Below, piece after piece: positions 59,518 through 64,000 of a stretch of DNA of 64,000 bases. The position numbers and the translations under genes are program-made. The stretch lies in contig CAWVVV010000005.1 of NCBI GenBank assembly GCA_963933835.1, forward strand, positions 1 through 64,000. The letters are read 5' to 3'. How positions within the stretch are numbered: position 1 is the stretch's first letter; every line of letters begins with the position of its first letter. Under the pieces are notes generated by a model. That model made no database searches. It saw only the letters and a program-made list of their open reading frames with translations, and was not told where the DNA came from. The DNA comes from an uncultured Puniceicoccaceae bacterium (GTDB lineage: Bacteria; Verrucomicrobiota; Verrucomicrobiia; Opitutales; Oceanipulchritudinaceae).

Positions 59518-60728
59518 TTGAATATCTCCGTCATTTTTGAAATCCATCGGCGCGATTTAGCCTGTGTCCCGTCTGTTGCATGAGTGCGCTTCGCTGAGAG
59601 ACCATGGTGCATCAAGCCGAGCACGGTACTGAATTCTGGATCACGTAATTGTTCGTTGGACACCCAATCAGGGTTTTGCGCTGTTCGAACAGGAACCTTG
59701 AGGATCGACTCACCTAAGGTAGCGAGATCCTGCAAGCGCGACCCTCCCCCAGTCAAAATGACGCCAGCGGGCAGGTTTTGAGCACTGAGTAAGCTGCCCA
59801 GTTTGTTTTGCAAAATCATGAAGAGCTCCTCGGCACGGGCGTTTAGAATCTTATTAATCGCCATGCGCGGAATCGGTCGATCGCCGATACGCATGTCACC
59901 AACAAGCATTACATTCTGTCCCTTGTCGTCGCGATCTACAAGGGCCTTGCCATAGCGCAGCTTAAGGCTTTCAGCATCTTTGTAGCTGATCCGAAGTCCA
60001 AGGCTCAGATCATTTGTGAAATGGTCACCACCGACCGCAATCACCCCGGTGCGCGCTACTCGGCCCTGCCGGTAGAGAACATAGTCGGTCGTTCCGCAAC
60101 CAATGTCTAAGACGAGCACACCTGCACGCTTCTCTTCTTCAAGCGTCACCATGCTGCCAGACGCGATACTCGACACGATCATATCCTCAACCGTGAGGGA
60201 AAATCCATTGATGACGTGCATCGGGTCGGCGATTTTTCGCTCATTGCCATGAACATGCCAATAGTGCGCCTCAAGCTGCGATCCCTGACGATCGAGAGGC
60301 TCAGCATATGGCTCGCCGTCGAGCACATAGCCACTGCGAACGTGGTGGATGTAGAGGCGACCTTGTGGCAGCGCCTTACTCCGAGCATTTTCTGCCGCAC
60401 GCTCAATATCTACGGGGCGCACCCAGTTATCAGCGTCTTCAACCGTCACTACACCCGAGTTGTTAAAGCCTTCCAAATGGTTACCAGTGATCGCGAGATA
60501 GACGCCTTGAATCTCGGCGCCCGCACATTTTTCTGCAGTGAGCAGCGCAGCGTGGGTGCAATCGCTGGCCGCACGAATGTCAAAAATCTCACCCTTGCGC
60601 ACACCTCGACTCGATGCTTGGCCGAGCCCTATAATCTCGAGTTCACGCCCATCGACGATCTCACCAACAAGGACAACGACTTTAGAGGTTCCGATTTCAA
60701 CTGCACCGATGATCGTGGAAGCATTCAT
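59514..60728 (-). CDS. ftsA: Cell division protein FtsA
   Basis: EIGTSKV, GVRKG, LDIGCGTTD, VGGDHFTNDL, AESLKLRYG, ILTGGGS, C-terminal amphipathic WISKMTEIF. Confidence 0.95.
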   Translation of the reverse strand: MNASTIIGAVEIGTSKVVVLVGEIVDGRELEIIGLGQASSRGVRKGEIFDIRAASDCTHAALLTAEKCAGAEIQGVYLAITGNHLEGFNNSGVVTVEDADNWVRPVDIERAAENARSKALPQGRLYIHHVRSGYVLDGEPYAEPLDRQGSQLEAHYWHVHGNERKIADPMHVINGFSLTVEDMIVSSIASGSMVTLEEEKRAGVLVLDIGCGTTDYVLYRQGRVARTGVIAVGGDHFTNDLSLGLRISYKDAESLKLRYGKALVDRDDKGQNVMLVGDMRIGDRPIPRMAINKILNARAEELFMILQNKLGSLLSAQNLPAGVILTGGGSRLQDLATLGESILKVPVRTAQNPDWVSNEQLRDPEFSTVLGLMHHGLSAKRTHATDGTQAKSRRWISKMTEIFK

Positions 60729-60737
60729 AACGTGGGA

Positions 60738-61676
60738 TCAGGATTTGCGGACTTGGACAATAGCTTGGCCAGGAAATGAGAGGTCGATCTTGTAAAATCC
60801 GCCTAGGCGCTGTGAATTATTCACCGCAACCACTTCATTCAGCTTGCGGAGTTGGCCTTGAAATTGATTCGGAGCAAAAACTATCCGGTCTGAGGTCCGG
60901 CTCTTAATCTCGATCACTGAATGCACCGCACCGGGATCTGTATTCAGATTCGAGACAGAAACCCATTTCCAATCGCCATAAAGAGCGGGAAACTCGTTCC
61001 GAGCGGTTTCAAGAAGTGGGGCAAGCTGCTTCATCTCTTCAACCTCTTGGATCTGCCCATCCCACCACTGGAAGCGAATGCCGGCGAGGCCAGGAAGCGC
61101 TGCGATCGTCTCAGTGGGATAATTGTAGCCATCGAAAACAGTCCCATCCCCTGCGATCAAAATGTTAATAATCTGATTTCCGGGCGTGCGAACACGGGCT
61201 CGCAAGAGTGGCTTCCTTTCATCCAATCGAATAATCAGAGTATCTGGCAGTGAAACTGAGACCGAGGCAGTCTTCACTTGTCCGTGCGTTTCGATCTGTG
61301 CCTTCAGCTTCTGCAGATCATAGCCCATCGTGCGGACTCCAAGTTCAATCGGAAAATGACTTTGAAACCAGCGGGCATCAAGAACGCCATCACTCACAAA
61401 CTCTATCCGTTCGATCGTTCCGACCGCATGCGAAGGTGTATCAAGGGGCAGTTGCTTCCCTGAGAAGTAAAGCCCGTACGAAATAGCTCCTATCGCTATG
61501 ACTGCTGCTATTCCTGCACCAAGCCAACGGAAAGTGCGCTTCCAACGTCGGGAGCGAGAAGCCGAGGAGGTCGATTTCAAGCCATTATTTTGCTGAATAC
61601 TTTGCCAAGTGCCGTCCGGCTTAGTCTTGCGAGCCGTCTTCTTTTTCTGTGGGGATTTTTTTACTACTTTAGCCAT
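60738..61676 (-). CDS. ftsQ: Cell division protein FtsQ/DivIB
   Basis: Basic N-terminus, one TM, POTRA (VKTASVSVSLPDTLIIRLDERKP), IDL near the C-terminus; position between ddl and ftsA. Confidence 0.8.
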   Translation of the reverse strand: MAKVVKKSPQKKKTARKTKPDGTWQSIQQNNGLKSTSSASRSRRWKRTFRWLGAGIAAVIAIGAISYGLYFSGKQLPLDTPSHAVGTIERIEFVSDGVLDARWFQSHFPIELGVRTMGYDLQKLKAQIETHGQVKTASVSVSLPDTLIIRLDERKPLLRARVRTPGNQIINILIAGDGTVFDGYNYPTETIAALPGLAGIRFQWWDGQIQEVEEMKQLAPLLETARNEFPALYGDWKWVSVSNLNTDPGAVHSVIEIKSRTSDRIVFAPNQFQGQLRKLNEVVAVNNSQRLGGFYKIDLSFPGQAIVQVRKS

Positions 61677-61687
61677 GCGTAATCACT

Positions 61688-62614
61688 TTAGAAGTTTTTT
61701 GACCGTTTGAGCGCTGGTGTCAACATACTCGATACAAGAGAAGCAAAATTGTATCCAAATACACTCGCACTTTTGGGCAAAAGGCTCGTTTCGGTCATTC
61801 CTGGGAGTGTATTAATTTCGAGGAACGTGAAGCTCTCTCCATCTGTCATAAAATCAACCCGTGCAAAGTCACGCCCGCCCGCAGCAGTGAAAGCGATCAA
61901 AGCCGCCGCTCGAATCTCATTTGTAAGGTCTTCCGCGAGTTCCGCCGGCACACTATACCGCGTACTCCCAAGGGTGTACTTGTGTTCATAGTCATAAAAC
62001 CCTCCCTCAGGATGGCTCCCAATCACACCGAGGGGTGCATCATCTAGGATGCCTACCGTGACATCGAAGCCCGGAAGTCGCTCCTCCACAAGCCATTCAC
62101 CTTCAATGAGTTTAGGAAGCAGGGCTTTCCAAGAAGCTTCCGAGTTAAAAGCATAGAGTCCGACGCTACTGCCCTCTGCCGCCGGTTTCAAAACCAGTGA
62201 AGGCGATTCAAAATGATCAATCAGTGCTTTCCATGATGGCGGAGACGAATATTGAAAAATCATATCCTTCGCCACAGGAACTGCCATGGTACTCACAAGT
62301 TGTTTTGTAAGCGATTTTTGTATGCAAATCCGACTCGTTTTCGCATCACAGCCAACGTAGTCAAACCCACCCTCCTCAAGATCAGCCTGTAGACGCCCGT
62401 CTTCACCGTATCCACCATGGAGGACTGGGAAGATGATATCGGCCTCAGGATCTAAGGCTGCTGGAAGAGCTTCCTCCTTCAGATCGACCCAAATTTTATC
62501 ATACTCAGATGGAATGGCCCCAAAGACAGCTTTCGATGAGGCAAGGCTGACCTCTCTCTCACCTGAGACCCCGCCTCCCAGAACAACGATACGCCTTTTA
62601 GCCTTATCAACCAT
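61688..62614 (-). CDS. ddl: D-alanine--D-alanine ligase
   Basis: GGVSGEREVSL, FPVLHGGYGEDG, KP..EGSSVG, FYDYEHKY, LEINTLPGMT..SLLP. Confidence 0.95.
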   Translation of the reverse strand: MVDKAKRRIVVLGGGVSGEREVSLASSKAVFGAIPSEYDKIWVDLKEEALPAALDPEADIIFPVLHGGYGEDGRLQADLEEGGFDYVGCDAKTSRICIQKSLTKQLVSTMAVPVAKDMIFQYSSPPSWKALIDHFESPSLVLKPAAEGSSVGLYAFNSEASWKALLPKLIEGEWLVEERLPGFDVTVGILDDAPLGVIGSHPEGGFYDYEHKYTLGSTRYSVPAELAEDLTNEIRAAALIAFTAAGGRDFARVDFMTDGESFTFLEINTLPGMTETSLLPKSASVFGYNFASLVSSMLTPALKRSKNF

Positions 62615-63546
62615 CAGAGCACGTCCTTCCATTCCGCCCCGAGGAGGAGTGCTTCAGGCTCCAAGTGCACTCCCTCTTTCTCAAAGACTCGCTTCCTGAC
62701 TTGCCGCACCAACTCAATCACATCCGAGGCCGAGGCGCCGCCTTTGTTCACAATAAAATTTGCATGCGTCGGGGACACTTCAGCCCCGCCTACACTCATT
62801 CCCTTGAGTCCAGCAGCGTCAACCAGCTGTCCCGCATGGTGCGGTTCTGGGTTCTTAAAAATGCAGCCTGCACTTGGCTCACGAGGCTGAGACTCTTTAC
62901 GCTTTAGTGCGTAGGCGCTCATATTACCTCTAATAGCATCCGTCTGGCTCTCCAACCCACCTACTAAACGTGCCTCAATCACTATCCGAGTGCTCAACTC
63001 AGGGCATGATCGGTAACTGGAATGAAAGAATGATACTGGATGCTCAACGACTGTATCATCATCCTCGATACAGGTGACCGATTCAATAAGATCAAAAACC
63101 CAGCCGCCCATCGCTCCGGCATTCATTCGCAAGGACCCACCAAGCGCTCCGGGAATGCCTTCGATGAATTCAAATCCCGACAGGCCAGCCTTAGCCGCCT
63201 CCGCACAAATTTTCTTCAAGCGAGTCCCTGCCGATGCGATCAGACAGTTACCGTCACGACTCACTTTCTGCCAAGCATCTCCTGTCAAACGGATCACTAG
63301 GCCCGGATAGCCAGCATCCATCACGATCAAGTTCGAACCACGTCCTAAGTAGAAGATAGGCACACTCGCGTTGCGGGCCTCGCGCCTGAGTCTAATCAAA
63401 TCTGCTACGGAGGCTGGCTCAGCATAGTAGCGGGCAACCCCGCCTACGCGCATCGTCGTTTTCGGAGCGAGGGGCTCATTTTCGCTAAGTAGTGAAGCAT
63501 CCGCACTAAATTCTTTGGCTGTTTGCCACCACTCCGAAGTAACCAT
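62614..63546 (-). CDS. murB: UDP-N-acetylenolpyruvoylglucosamine reductase
   Basis: TTMRVGG.A, LGRGSNL, GIPG.LGG..RMNAGA, QP...SAGCIFKNP, HANFIVN. Confidence 0.95.
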   Translation of the reverse strand: MVTSEWWQTAKEFSADASLLSENEPLAPKTTMRVGGVARYYAEPASVADLIRLRREARNASVPIFYLGRGSNLIVMDAGYPGLVIRLTGDAWQKVSRDGNCLIASAGTRLKKICAEAAKAGLSGFEFIEGIPGALGGSLRMNAGAMGGWVFDLIESVTCIEDDDTVVEHPVSFFHSSYRSCPELSTRIVIEARLVGGLESQTDAIRGNMSAYALKRKESQPREPSAGCIFKNPEPHHAGQLVDAAGLKGMSVGGAEVSPTHANFIVNKGGASASDVIELVRQVRKRVFEKEGVHLEPEALLLGAEWKDVL

Positions 63547-64000
63547 CACGCCAGCACCTTTCCTTCGAAGGAAGCAGATCGGCCACTGAATGTTTCGACC
63601 CATTCGACCAAACTCAGAGCCATCGCTTCGGCTGCATCATCTTTCGAGAGGCGTTCGAGAGTCGCTCGCATCGTGTCGAGTCTATCCTGCTCTGACAGCA
63701 GAACATACAATTTCTTGAGTAACTGCTCCTCGAGGACGTCTTGATCCATCACTACACAGCCGCCTTGTTCCTCCAAGCGCCTTGCGTTCGCTTCCTGATG
63801 TTTATCGGCCGCGTAGGGATAAGGCACTAAAATCGATGGTACCGCGCATGCTATGAGTTCTGCGATCGCACCGGCACCGGCGCGCGAAATGACAACGTCC
63901 GCAACCGTAAGCAATGAGCTCATATCATCGACGAAAGGGAGAAAAATCGCTTTCATCTTTTCTCCGCTCACGGTGGTGAGTTCGACCGAGCTGTGCGTGC
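63546..64000 (-). CDS. murG: MurG, C-terminal part (5' end outside the window)
   Basis: FVDDM....ADVVISRAGAGAIAEL, ILVPYPYAADKHQEANA. Confidence 0.92.
   Translation of the reverse strand, partial: THSSVELTTVSGEKMKAIFLPFVDDMSSLLTVADVVISRAGAGAIAELIACAVPSILVPYPYAADKHQEANARRLEEQGGCVVMDQDVLEEQLLKKLYVLLSEQDRLDTMRATLERLSKDDAAEAMALSLVEWVETFSGRSASFEGKVLA

Overview
A 64-kb bacterial chromosomal segment of moderately high GC, probably from Verrucomicrobiota (class Opitutia; inferred from the PVC-type LepB, the divergent dcw/FtsZ cluster and the intergenic repeats). It holds mostly housekeeping and envelope genes: a MoxR/DUF58/Bat operon, a TolC-MFP-ABC exporter, DinG, an ECF sigma/anti-sigma/HtrA-like operon, lipB-lipA, xerC-sufT-sppA-lepB-lepA-fabD, split pta, cca, nadA, prmC-prfA, gnd and murG-murB-ddl-ftsQ-ftsA-ftsZ. 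I found no rRNA, tRNA, CRISPR array or prophage. Main observations: (1) The HtrA-like protein beside the ECF sigma and anti-sigma has all three catalytic triad residues substituted. The same GAAC[CT]-N16-GTCTT promoter lies upstream of both the sigma gene and the MoxR/Bat operon, which suggests an envelope-stress regulon built around a pseudoprotease. (2) BatB is fused to a TPR region, four InlB-B-like repeats and an acidic tail. (3) Accessory genes show widespread decay (wcaJ-like, SSS+PL6 locus, EEP, pgm, DUF885, cheA, an IS stub), with a microhomology-type deletion scar in the EEP gene, while core genes are intact. (4) FtsZ lacks the catalytic T7-loop Asp, and murC is missing from the visible dcw cluster. 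All calls come from motif recognition by eye; no database searches were run.
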